Positions 40,407-50,372 are shown, counted from the first letter of the stretch. The stretch is DNA of 64,000 nucleotides from an uncultured Acidobacteriota bacterium (GCA_963809485.1 CAWEJX010000006.1:96001-160000); one strand, 5' to 3'. Notes: generated by a model not told the origin, from the sequence alone. Program-made: numbers and translations.

Positions 40407-40554
40407 CGACACCCTTGCCGGCTTTGTGTCCCGCAACGTAGAGGGCGTGCCTCGGAAAAAGCCGCGCAGTATTTTCGGCTTGATCTCAAACGTCGTCCCT
40501 GAAGGCACATCAGGGAGCAGCCTCGACGGAACAAGCGCCACAACTTCGTCTCAT

Positions 40555-41610
40555 ATGCTCATAGGCATCAATTATCCTTGGATCGACTATGGCTGGGATT
40601 TCGGGGGGCCTCCGGCGTTGTGGGTGTCCGGGGAAAACCTGCCCGCATGGCGTGAGAGCAAACGAAGTCGCATCGAGGAGGATTTTGCCCAATTCCAATC
40701 CCGGAGAATATTCGCCGTACGCTGGTTCCTTCTGGCGGACGGATTGAATTACGGGACAGGTGAGTCTGCCCCCAGGAGGATCGGCAATGAATGGCTTTTT
40801 GAGCCACTGCCGGCAGGCCATCCATTCTACCGGCAGCTCGGAGAGGATTTTGAGCATGTCCTGGGCACCTGCGCAAAGACCGGTCTGAAACTGCTTCCGT
40901 CGCTGATCGATTTTTCATGGTGCCGACGCGGGACGGAGATTCCCGGCAGCCCCGGAATCATCAAAGGCGGAAGATATGGGATTGTCTGCGATGCGGCGAA
41001 GCAGAAGCTGTTTTTTGACAGGATTCTCGATCCCCTGCTGGATATTTCCCGGAAATACCAGGATGCGGTTTTTGCCTGGGAGCTGATCAACGAGCCCGAG
41101 TGGGTGACCGGAAGATTTCCGCTCTTCGGCGAAAAAAGGGGAAACCGGACGGTTACCCTGAAAGAGATGAAATCCTTCATCACCGAGGGGGTACGCCGCA
41201 TCCATGCCCACCTGCTTCCTGACGGGGGCCGAGCCTTCCATTCGTCGGTCGGCTTTGCTCACTGGCGCACGCTGGAAAAATGGGATGCATCGGCGCTCGG
41301 AATAACGCTTCATCAATTCCACTATTATGCCCAGGGGGGATGTGTTCTGCCGCCGCATCCGCCCGGGCGGGAGATCCCTTGCGTGGTGGGTGAATTCGCG
41401 TCTGCAGCCGGCCGCTCCTGGCCGGATCTGCTGAAGCCGGACATGGGTCAGACGGTTACCCACAGGCTGCGCTGCCTCGAGGGAAAAGGATATCCGGCCT
41501 GCTTCCTGTGGTCGGCAAGGGCTGTGGATGCCGCCACCCGTTGGACAGCGGATGAGCATCAGCAGCTTGCAGCCTACACGCGCTCAAACGGGCCAGGCAT
41601 TACAGCGTAA
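40555..41610 (+). CDS. glycoside hydrolase clan GH-A (GH5-like) protein
   Basis: INYPW..YGWDFG, AWELINEPE (acid/base), HQFHYY, VGEF (nucleophile), FLWS. Confidence 0.72.
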   Translation: MLIGINYPWIDYGWDFGGPPALWVSGENLPAWRESKRSRIEEDFAQFQSRRIFAVRWFLLADGLNYGTGESAPRRIGNEWLFEPLPAGHPFYRQLGEDFEHVLGTCAKTGLKLLPSLIDFSWCRRGTEIPGSPGIIKGGRYGIVCDAAKQKLFFDRILDPLLDISRKYQDAVFAWELINEPEWVTGRFPLFGEKRGNRTVTLKEMKSFITEGVRRIHAHLLPDGGRAFHSSVGFAHWRTLEKWDASALGITLHQFHYYAQGGCVLPPHPPGREIPCVVGEFASAAGRSWPDLLKPDMGQTVTHRLRCLEGKGYPACFLWSARAVDAATRWTADEHQQLAAYTRSNGPGITA

Positions 41611-41839
41611 CCCGTCAACCTGCGACGACCTGGAGCCATCAATATCCATAGCCCTCTGCGCCGCCTCAATACTTAATCTTGCCCAAATGACCCGGGTATA
41701 CATCCCGGCAAATTCGCCGCTGTGCTCCCTGCCTTCATGCTATCCTTACTAATTGGGGGCAGTGCAGCGCAGAATCGCATCGTGCGCATGCAGTTCTGCA
41801 TGCCCCCGGATTGAATCTTTCACGGAAACGGGATTCGCT

Positions 41840-43681
41840 ATGGCAATTCCCAGTTGTTACGCAGGCAAGGTACTGTTCGTCAATCTGGCCGAAGGACAGA
41901 TCCGCGAGGAAGTCCTTCCGGAATCTGTCTACCGGGAATTCATCGGCGGCAACGGCTTGGGTATCCGCGTCCTGTACGAGAGAATGAGGGCGGGGGTTGA
42001 CGCGCTGGGACCGGAGAACATTCTGGGATTTGTTGTCGGCAGCCTGACCGGCACCCCGTCGCCGGGAAGCGGGCGGCACATGCTTGTAACCAAATCTCCT
42101 CTGACCGGCACCTGGGCGGAATCCAACTCGGGAGGGACCTTCGGCCCCGAGCTGAAAACGGCGGGCTATGACGCCATATTTTTCTCCGGAATCTCTCCCA
42201 GCCCTGTCTGCCTGTGGATCAGGGATGGTAAGGCCGAACTGAAGGATGCCTCCGGGTTATGGGGGAAGGACGCCTATGAAACCCAGGATTTGCTGCAGTC
42301 CTGGGGAGACCGCGCCATGAAGATTGCCTGCATCGGACCGGCGGGCGAATCCCTGTCGCTGCTGTCGGGTGTCGTCAGCGAAAGGGGCCGGATCGCCGCC
42401 CGCAACGGCGTAGGCGCGGTGATGGGATCCAAGAGGTTGAAAGCGGTTGCCGTAAAGGGCGGCGTTCGATCGATCGTGCCCGCCGACAGGGAAAAATTTA
42501 ATGGCGCGATACGGCAGTTCCTGGAGATGATCCACAACAACGAATACGCCAAAGGGCTGGCCGCAGCCGGTACCGGAAAGGATATAAGCTTTCTGGTCGC
42601 AATCGGGGACGCCCCGCTCAAGAACTGGCAACTGACCGGGCTGGAAGCTCTCCCGACGCTTACCAACCTCGATGGCGCCAATATGGACAAATACAAGGTC
42701 AGCAGCTTCGGCTGCTACGGCTGCCCGATCACCTGCGGCGCCATCATCAGGCAAAATGAGGGCCCGTTTGCCATAAAGGATGAAATGCACCGTCCCGAGT
42801 ATCAGTCGCTGGCGGCCCTGGGCGGGATGCTGATGAACGACAACCTTGAAGCGGTCATCAAGGCCAATGATATCTGCAACCGCTACGGCATCGACACGAT
42901 GGGCGTCGGGGGCACGATTGCCATGGCGATGGAGTGCTATGAGAACGGGTTGATCAGCAGGGAAGACACAGACGGCATCGATCTGACCTGGGGGAACGCC
43001 GAGGCGATCGTGGCACTGGTGGAAAAAATCGCCAGGAGAGAAGGATTCGGCGCGGTTTTGGCGGATGGGACGCAGAAAGCCGCGGAGCGTATCGGCAAGG
43101 GCGCGGAAAAATATGCCGTCGCCATTCGCGGGAAAAGTCTTGCGTATCATGATCCGCGCATGTCCCCGTCGCTCGGCACGGCAAATATAGCCGATGCCAA
43201 TCCCGCGCATCACATGGACAGCCAGATTACGGGCATGCTGAGCGAAGGCGCGCCCATTGGTTCGGATCCGGCGTTGCAGCCTCCCAAGCAGAATCAATTT
43301 GCAGGCTATGCCATCGGCAGCGCCTACCACCAACTGCTGAACGCGGCCGGGTTTTGCTCGTTGTATACGGTGGCTACCACCCCTCCTCCCCTGGCCGACC
43401 TGATGGCCGGCGCAAGCGGCTGGGAATTCGGCTGGGACGAAGCGCTGAAGGCGGGGCGCCGCATACTGACGCTCAGGCAAGCATTCAATGCCCGAGAAGG
43501 CTTGACCCCGGACCAGTTCGAGTTGCCCAAGCGAATCGCGTCGACCGCCAAAATCGATTATGGGGCGCTGAGAGACGGATACTTCAGGGAAATGAAGTGG
43601 GACGTCCAATCAGGCAAGCCTTTGCGGGAAGCGCTGTCTGATTTGGACCTGATTGAATTGACACGTGATTTGAGTGTTTAA
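41840..43681 (+). CDS. aor: aldehyde:ferredoxin oxidoreductase (tungsten AOR family)
   Basis: TKSPLTG, IGPAGE, GAVMGSKRLKA, CYGCPITC, PEYQ, CNRYGIDT. Confidence 0.92.
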   Translation: MAIPSCYAGKVLFVNLAEGQIREEVLPESVYREFIGGNGLGIRVLYERMRAGVDALGPENILGFVVGSLTGTPSPGSGRHMLVTKSPLTGTWAESNSGGTFGPELKTAGYDAIFFSGISPSPVCLWIRDGKAELKDASGLWGKDAYETQDLLQSWGDRAMKIACIGPAGESLSLLSGVVSERGRIAARNGVGAVMGSKRLKAVAVKGGVRSIVPADREKFNGAIRQFLEMIHNNEYAKGLAAAGTGKDISFLVAIGDAPLKNWQLTGLEALPTLTNLDGANMDKYKVSSFGCYGCPITCGAIIRQNEGPFAIKDEMHRPEYQSLAALGGMLMNDNLEAVIKANDICNRYGIDTMGVGGTIAMAMECYENGLISREDTDGIDLTWGNAEAIVALVEKIARREGFGAVLADGTQKAAERIGKGAEKYAVAIRGKSLAYHDPRMSPSLGTANIADANPAHHMDSQITGMLSEGAPIGSDPALQPPKQNQFAGYAIGSAYHQLLNAAGFCSLYTVATTPPPLADLMAGASGWEFGWDEALKAGRRILTLRQAFNAREGLTPDQFELPKRIASTAKIDYGALRDGYFREMKWDVQSGKPLREALSDLDLIELTRDLSV

Positions 43682-43785
43682 TTCTATTGGTAAACCCACG
43701 GCTCTGCCGGGGGACTCATAGAGTTTGACAGCTCCGTATTTTGAAACGCTGAGATACGCTGACAAGAGCGCTGACATACGCTGAC
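43679..43785 (+). mobile_element. left-end-only copy 4 of the palindromic element
   Basis: TAATTCTATTGGTAAACCCACGGCTCTGCCGGGGG...CGCTGA repeats, then homology stops. Confidence 0.72.
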
Positions 43786-43830
43786 CCTAAAGCTTCGACA
43801 CACTATATCCCGCATTTTGTGGATGATCCG

Positions 43831-45114
43831 CTAATTCGTTGCTGCTTTGCGGAGTGCGAGAGCGAGGATATCGAGGGCCTGGTCGATCTGCTGTTTTGAA
43901 ATCACCAGCGGCGGCTGAAACCGTAAGACGTTTCCGTCGATGCCCCCGCAACCGACCAGCAACCCATCTCGCAGGCATGAATCCCGGACAGCTTCGGCTT
44001 CGGCAGCGGCAGGCGTCAGCGCGGTGTCCTTCACAAGCTCGATCCCAATCATGAGGCCCAGGCCGCGCACATCGCCGATGAGGGAAACCCGTTGCCGGAG
44101 TTCGCAAAGCCGGGATTTGACGTAGTCACCCATTTCGGCCGCATGCCGGCAGAGATTCTCTTCCTGCATAAACTCAATGTTTGCGAGAGCCGCCGCGCAT
44201 GAAACGGGATTGCCGCCGAAGGTGGACAGATGATCGCCGGGCTTGTAGGCGGCGGCTATTTCCGGGCGTGTCGTAAAGGCGCTCAGCGGAAATCCGTCGG
44301 CGATGCCCTTGGCTGTCACGAGGATGTCGGGCACAACGCCAAAATGCTCAATGGCGAACATCTTGCCGGTACGGGCAAAGCCGCACTGGACTTCATCCGC
44401 GATGAAGAGGATTCCGTGCCGGTCCAGTATCTTCTTTACCTCCTCGAAGTAGTTGAACGGCGGAACTATGATCCCGCCCTCACCCATCACGGGTTCGGCG
44501 ACAAAGGCGGCCACGTCGCCGGATGTGGAAAAGCGGATGACGTCCTCGATCGCTTTTGCAAAGTGCCGGCCGCATTCGTCCGGGGCGTCGCAAGGGCGCG
44601 AGCGGTAGGTATAGGGTGCGGGGGCGAAGGCGACTCCGGGCGCATAGGGGCCGCCGCCTTTCTTCCGGTTTTTGTTGCCCGTGATGCTGAGCGCCCCCCA
44701 GCTGCGGCCGTGGAATCCGGCCTGCAAAGCAATGAATTCGTGCCTGCCCGTGTAAAGGCGGGCGAGCTTCAGCGCTCCCTCGATCGCCTCGGCTCCTCCG
44801 CTGCCGAAGAAGGATTTCGTCAGGCCCGAAGGCGCGATATGCGCAATCTTTTCCGCCAGGTCCGCCGTCGGTTGGACGTGATAAAGATAGGAGGAGCAGT
44901 GGATGAGCTTCTCCATCTGAGCTTTGGCTGCGGCCACCACCTTCGGACTGCAGTGGCCGGCATTGACCACCGAAATGCCGGCGAAGCAGTCTATGTAGTC
45001 CCGGCCCTCGATATCCCGAATCACCGCACCGCTGGCTTTGTCGACTACGATCGGGGCGACGGACTTCAGGAAACCGGTAATGACGTAATTCCGATATTTC
45101 TCAAATGTATCCGT
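43831..45114 (-). CDS. class-III PLP aminotransferase (GABA/ornithine aminotransferase-like)
   Basis: YIDCFAGI, SGGAEA, FHGRS, EPVMGEGG, ADEVQCGF.RTG, AKG; homology extends 30 codons upstream of the GTG at 45024 to an ACG. Confidence 0.9.
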   Translation of the reverse strand, partial: TDTFEKYRNYVITGFLKSVAPIVVDKASGAVIRDIEGRDYIDCFAGISVVNAGHCSPKVVAAAKAQMEKLIHCSSYLYHVQPTADLAEKIAHIAPSGLTKSFFGSGGAEAIEGALKLARLYTGRHEFIALQAGFHGRSWGALSITGNKNRKKGGGPYAPGVAFAPAPYTYRSRPCDAPDECGRHFAKAIEDVIRFSTSGDVAAFVAEPVMGEGGIIVPPFNYFEEVKKILDRHGILFIADEVQCGFARTGKMFAIEHFGVVPDILVTAKGIADGFPLSAFTTRPEIAAAYKPGDHLSTFGGNPVSCAAALANIEFMQEENLCRHAAEMGDYVKSRLCELRQRVSLIGDVRGLGLMIGIELVKDTALTPAAAEAEAVRDSCLRDGLLVGCGGIDGNVLRFQPPLVISKQQIDQALDILALALRKAATN

Positions 45115-45158
45115 AACTAGTACCTCTTAAACTCGTCTGACGGCCGCCTGCCGGAATC

Positions 45159-46889
45159 CTACCTCCATTTGTCCACGGAAGCGCTCGATACATAGCCGAA
45201 GTCCCCGGCCTGCCAAAATAAATTCGTCCCGCCGCCCACCGAAAGAATGTTAATCACGGAGGGTCTGGCGAACTGGGGGATCTTGGCGTCTTTGGGCAGC
45301 TTGATCCTTGAGGCGAAGGGTTCCACGCCGCGACGGGCGTTAGGCAGAATAAAATTCTGCACGCTGTAAAAGTCATCCAGAAAATCCTGCACCGTGACCG
45401 ATGTGTTCTTGTAGATCCAGTCGATCAGCTGCTCTTTGGAATCGAAACCTTCCCTTTCTTTCAGCTGCTTGATGATGGTCGGATCCAGGAGCAGCGTTAC
45501 CGGCGAAAAGGGGCTCACGAATTTCAACCAGAACGGGATCTGTGTGTGGAAAGGTTTCCCGAAGCTCTGGTCCGGATGGGTGAATCCCCAGCCGTTGAAT
45601 GTGCTGACCACGCTTTCCTGGGGTTTGTGGCCTTTCTGCACATGGAACGGATTCCAACCGGGCGGCAATTCCTCCTCGTTTTCAGGCATGCAGAGATTGT
45701 TGTAGCTGTAATTATTTCCCTGGCTGCCCATGTACGTTTCCCCGATCTTACCCGCAGCGGCGAGGTTCATGGACATTATGGTCCAGGCCCTCCCGATGAC
45801 CGAATTGGCCTGGTTGAACGGACCGAGAGCGCCGATTCCGGCATTCATTTTTAATTCATTGCGGATCGGTCCGTTGACAACCACCATCCTCGCGAAAGAT
45901 GTCGTCGAGGTGAACAGAGCCGGCACTCCCGTGGACGCCAGGGACAGGATGACGGGGAAATGCTCCGGCCTGGCTCCGGCCATCACCGCGTTGACGGCCA
46001 CCTGTTCCACATTGTAACTCCAGGCTTCGTGGGGAGAGGACGGCTGCATCCTTCCGGCTTCCTCACCCGCTTTGCGGCTGGTGCCTTTGAGCATCTCGGC
46101 CACCCTGGCTTCCGTGGGCAGCACAATGGGCAGCCCATCGGTCCAGCCGTTTTCCAGGAAAAGGCGATGCAGGTTTTCCTCAGTATCGGGTTTGACCAGG
46201 CGGGCAGTCGGTCTCGCAATGAAGCCTGTTTTTCTATCCTCGTCAGACAGCGGAGTGGTCAGCGCCGCGATGGCCTCCTGCAGGACGGGCTTGCCGGTCA
46301 CCGGATCCTTGCCTTCCAGGTGTGCGCGGCACGCAGCGGCGGGGATGCCGGTGATGGGATGAGGCACAAATGTGAAGCGCATGTTGGGCATGCCCTTTTT
46401 AAAGGCATAGGATGTCACGAGGTCCTTGAACTTCCAGGTGGATATCGGGGCTGTGGGAACTCCGAGCTTTTCGACAGTCCAGCTGTGGCCGGCGACCGAC
46501 GGCGCGCAGGTGCTTCAATGCCCGACCCCCATGATCATGCCGTGACCCTTTTCCTTGATCTCCGCCCACAACTTGGGATCGTCGTCAAAATATGTCCCGG
46601 CTTTTGTCCGGACGACCCAGGTTGTATTGGGATATTTGGCGGACAGAAGTTTCTGCATTTCCGTAAAGAACTGGTGGGTGTCGGTAAAACCAATATCGAT
46701 AATGTAGATGGTTTTCCCTTCCAGGCCGTTGAGGCGCGGCGCCATGGGAACGCGCGTAATAGCCGGCGGCTGGCCCAGCGGGCTGAGGACGGTGAGCTTG
46801 GGCTCCTGAGCTCTGGATGTGCCCCAAAAGAGCGGGATTGCCAAAAGAGACATCACAAGGATTAAAGATCCGCCTGTTTTCCTTTTCAC
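45159..46889 (-). CDS. exported UGSC-family selenoprotein (576 aa with Sec at UGA 46515-46517)
   Basis: Two track ORFs are in frame and joined through one TGA, giving GVGH-U-STCAPSVAGH; signal peptide; C-terminal GWTDGLPIVLPT domain. Confidence 0.85.
46483..46514 (-). promoter_or_regulatory. candidate bacterial SECIS element
   Basis: After UGA: CUG..GCCG-U-C[GGUC]G-C-CGGC..CAG stem, with an apical loop starting with G ~17 nt downstream. Confidence 0.55.
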
Positions 46890-47135
46890 CGCTTATGCTC
46901 CTCCCGGGGTGATGAATGCTCCCGGCCCATCTTCTACTCTAGCAAAATTAAGCGTCCGGAAAAACAACTGTTGTGTAGCAATAGGCTGCTTCAGGCAAGC
47001 GGCAAATTGCGGATGTCCAGTCACAGCAGAAACCTTGTGACAAATGATGGTTAGTGTACAATGGGCGGTGAAATATACCTTTTAGCCGGCTAGCGGCTAT
47101 ACAAGCACAAATATATAAATTGAGGAGGCGCCGGA

Positions 47136-48413
47136 ATGGAATGCGAATATGCCTTTGAGATGGGCACTTCCAGCATACGCTTCGGCCCGGGCGTTACGCG
47201 GGAAATCGGAATGGATTTATCCCAGCTGAAGGCAAGGCGGGTGATGGTGGTCACCGATCCGAACCTTGCCGGGCTGGCGCCTGTGGCCGCGGTACTGGAA
47301 TCGCTGCAAAAGGAAAAGGTCGCCTATTCCCTGTTCGACAGGGTTTCGGTGGAGCCGACCGATATGTCCATGCGCGAAGCAATCTCCTTCGCGCAGCAAG
47401 GGGATTTCGATGCGTTTGTAGCCGTCGGGGGCGGGTCCTCAATGGATACGGCCAAGGCAGCCAATCTCTACTCCACGTACCCTGCCGATTTCCTTGATTA
47501 CGTGAATGCACCCATCGGCCAGGCCAGGCCGGTGCCCGGCCAGCTTAAGCCGCTTTATGCTGTTCCCACGACAGCCGGAACCGGCAGCGAAACCACCGGA
47601 GTGGTGATTTTTGACCTGTTGGAAATGCACGCCAAAACGGGGATTGCCCACCGAAACCTCAAGCCGACGCTCGGACTGATCGATCCTGAAAACACCCGGA
47701 CCATGCCGCCGCTGGTGGCTGCATCCACGGGTTTCGACGTGCTGGTCCATGCGCTGGAGTCTTACACCAATCTGCCCTACAACCGCCGCGAGCGGCCCGC
47801 GCATCCCATTCTGCGCCCGGCCTACCAGGGCCGCAATCCGCTCAGCGATCTCTGGGCCGCCGAGGTGATCCGCGTGGCGGCGCAATACCTGCCACGGGCT
47901 GTGGAAAATCCGGACGACGACGAAGCGCGTTCAAAAATGATACTGGCAGCTGCCTGCGCCGGTGTAGGCTTCGGCAACGCCGGACTGCACCTGCCTCACG
48001 GGATGTCTTATCCCGTTTCCGGGATGGTTCGTGATTATCATCCGCCGGGATATCCCGTTAAGGAACCTTTGATACCTCATGGCATAGCCGTGGTGCTGAA
48101 CGGCCCGGCGGCTTTCCGATTCACGGGGCCAGGCTGCCCGGAACGGCATCTTCAGGCGGCGGAATTCCTGGGCGCGGATATTTCCAGGGCCAAGGCGGCA
48201 GACGCCGGCGATATTCTCGCGGATCAGCTGATCCAATATATGCAGCGCCTGAAGATGCCCAACGGGCTCAAGGCGGTTGGCTACACGCCCGATGATATTC
48301 CGGCGCTGGTGGAAGGAACGCTGCCGCAGCACCGCGTGATCAAGCTTTCCCCCGTGCCGGTAGGCAGGGAAGAGCTGACACGGCTGTTCGAGAAATCCAT
48401 GGTTATCTGGTGA
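47136..48413 (+). CDS. hydroxyacid-oxoacid transhydrogenase (iron-containing ADH, ADHFE1-like)
   Basis: YAFEM..SSIRFG.GVT.EIG, GGGSSMDTAK, PTTAGTGSE, RPAYQG.NP.SD, HLPHGMSY, PHG. Confidence 0.92.
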   Translation: MECEYAFEMGTSSIRFGPGVTREIGMDLSQLKARRVMVVTDPNLAGLAPVAAVLESLQKEKVAYSLFDRVSVEPTDMSMREAISFAQQGDFDAFVAVGGGSSMDTAKAANLYSTYPADFLDYVNAPIGQARPVPGQLKPLYAVPTTAGTGSETTGVVIFDLLEMHAKTGIAHRNLKPTLGLIDPENTRTMPPLVAASTGFDVLVHALESYTNLPYNRRERPAHPILRPAYQGRNPLSDLWAAEVIRVAAQYLPRAVENPDDDEARSKMILAAACAGVGFGNAGLHLPHGMSYPVSGMVRDYHPPGYPVKEPLIPHGIAVVLNGPAAFRFTGPGCPERHLQAAEFLGADISRAKAADAGDILADQLIQYMQRLKMPNGLKAVGYTPDDIPALVEGTLPQHRVIKLSPVPVGREELTRLFEKSMVIW

Positions 48414-48524
48414 GGCTTTTAAGGCAGCCACCTATTTTGCGAATTCGTGAAATTTGTGGCTGCTTTTTGTTTTATTAATGGACATAGGGCGGCCATCGAT
48501 GGTTTTTGTCTGGAAGGATATCCG

Positions 48525-49457
48525 ATGCGAAAAAAGATTGCACTAGTGGGTGGAGGTCAGATCGGCCAGACGCTGGCGATGCTGGCGGCGATGAAGGAGC
48601 TGGGAGATGTGGTCATTCTGGATGTAGCCGCCTGCGAAAATTCCGTCAAAGGCAAAGCGCTTGACCTGATGGCCATGGCGCCGCACGGCAATTACGACGC
48701 GGAGGTTACGGGCACTTCGGATCCGCGCGGAATCGAAGGAGCTGATGTCGTGATCGTCACTGCCGGCAGGCCGCGTGATGCCGGGATGACGCCGAGGGAC
48801 CTGCTGGATATCAATTCCGGGGTCATTGCTGAAGTAGCCGGCAATGTGAAGCGGTATGCTCCGGACGCTTTCTGCATCGTCATCAGCAATCCTCTGGTTG
48901 AGATGGTGCACCTGTTCCACAAGCTCTCCGGTCTGTCCGGCAGGAAGGTTGCCGGAATGGCCGGAACTCTCGATGTAGCCCGCTGGCGGGCGTTTATTGC
49001 CATGGAACTGGGCGTTTCGGTCGAGGATGTCGCGGGAACAATCCTCGGCGGCCACGGCCCGGACATGCTGCCGCTTCCTCGTCTGACCACGGTAGGCGGT
49101 GTGCCCCTGATCGAAATCGCCACGAAAGAGCAGATCGATAGAATTGTCGAGCGGACCCGCGGGGCAGGCTCGGAAATCATGAAACTGTACGGCAAAGGGT
49201 CTGCCTTTTTCAGCCCTGCCTGGAGCGCCATTGCGATGGCCGAGTCCTTCATCAGGGACAAGCGGCGTGTGCTTGCCTGCATGGCTTTATGCGACGGTGA
49301 ATACGGGATTCACGGGCTTTACATGGGTGTCCCCGCCCTGATCGGTTCAAAGGGCGTTGAAAAGATATACGAAATCAGCCTGACCGGTGAGGAACGGGCC
49401 GAGCTCTCCAGAATTGCCGATGCCGTTGCGAAGCATGTGACGGAGTGCGGAATTTAG
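48525..49457 (+). CDS. LDH-like malate dehydrogenase-family protein with an altered active-site loop
   Basis: GGGQIG, VKGKALDL, TAGRPR..GM, MAGTLD.AR, GGHG, GSAFFSP. Confidence 0.85.
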   Translation: MRKKIALVGGGQIGQTLAMLAAMKELGDVVILDVAACENSVKGKALDLMAMAPHGNYDAEVTGTSDPRGIEGADVVIVTAGRPRDAGMTPRDLLDINSGVIAEVAGNVKRYAPDAFCIVISNPLVEMVHLFHKLSGLSGRKVAGMAGTLDVARWRAFIAMELGVSVEDVAGTILGGHGPDMLPLPRLTTVGGVPLIEIATKEQIDRIVERTRGAGSEIMKLYGKGSAFFSPAWSAIAMAESFIRDKRRVLACMALCDGEYGIHGLYMGVPALIGSKGVEKIYEISLTGEERAELSRIADAVAKHVTECGI

Positions 49458-49491
49458 CGGCCGGCGAAAGGTGGAGGTCGAAAGCCTGCCG

Positions 49492-50298
49492 TCAGCGTGC
49501 CCGGACGCTTCGGGAGCCTTCTTTCCGCAAGGTCCCGTACTTTATGAGAAGGGAGTGCCGCACGCGCCGGGGAAGCCGTTGGAACAGGTTCACAAACAGC
49601 CGGTAGCGCCAGCCGGGAATGACGAACAGCCGGTTCTTTTCAAGAGCGTGCAGCGATGCGTCCACGACATCCTCTGCCTGCATCCATAGGCTTTTCGGAA
49701 TCACGCTCCGGTCCATGCCCATCGTTTCATGAAATTCCGTATAAGTAAAGCCGGGGCAAAGCGCCTGCACGCGAACCGGCGAGCCCAAGTGTTTGAGCTC
49801 GAGGAACAGCCCTTCGGTGAAGCTGTTGATCCAGGTTTTGGTGGCACAGTAGCTGATGCTGTAGGGACTCTGAATAAAGCCGGAGACGGATGAGACGTTG
49901 ATAATATTCCCCGCGCGACGCGCTGCCATGATCTTGAGCGCCGCGTGCGTCAACCGCTCGATTGCGATGATGTGGAGGCGGTGCATCCTGTCCTGGACCT
50001 CCACATCGCCTGAAAAAAACTCGCGGCTCATGAAACCATAACCGGCGTTGTTCACGAGAAATTCCAAAGCCGGTTCCGCGGCTATCCTGAGTTCCACGGA
50101 ATGAAGGCCGGCATCCGTTGCCAGGTCGGCCGGCAGAACCTCTGCCTTCTGAAGTTCTGCCGCCAGCTTTTCCAGCCGTTCTTTCCTGCGCGCAACAAGA
50201 ATCAGGCGGTATCCTCTCCGCGACAGTCTGCGAGCAAATACTTCGCCCAGGCCGCTCGATGCGCCGGTAACCAGGGCTGCAGGACTGGATTCACTCAT
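49492..50298 (-). CDS. short-chain dehydrogenase/reductase
   Basis: TGASSGLG, VNNAG, NVSS, YCATK, CPGFT. Confidence 0.92.
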   Translation of the reverse strand: MSESSPAALVTGASSGLGEVFARRLSRRGYRLILVARRKERLEKLAAELQKAEVLPADLATDAGLHSVELRIAAEPALEFLVNNAGYGFMSREFFSGDVEVQDRMHRLHIIAIERLTHAALKIMAARRAGNIINVSSVSGFIQSPYSISYCATKTWINSFTEGLFLELKHLGSPVRVQALCPGFTYTEFHETMGMDRSVIPKSLWMQAEDVVDASLHALEKNRLFVIPGWRYRLFVNLFQRLPRRVRHSLLIKYGTLRKEGSRSVRAR

Positions 50299-50372
50299 GG
50301 ATTCCTGAACTGAATCTTGCTGCGACGGGATATAAAAATGCCCTTCACGTTGCACGTTCCACGTTAAACGTT

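Noticed and set aside
41750-41839. Tungsten-cofactor (Tuco/Moco) riboswitch upstream of aor
   Set aside because: A GGGGCA..TGCAG/CTGCA.TGCCCC hairpin and a GGAAAC are present, but the motif's other conserved elements are not; too weak to call
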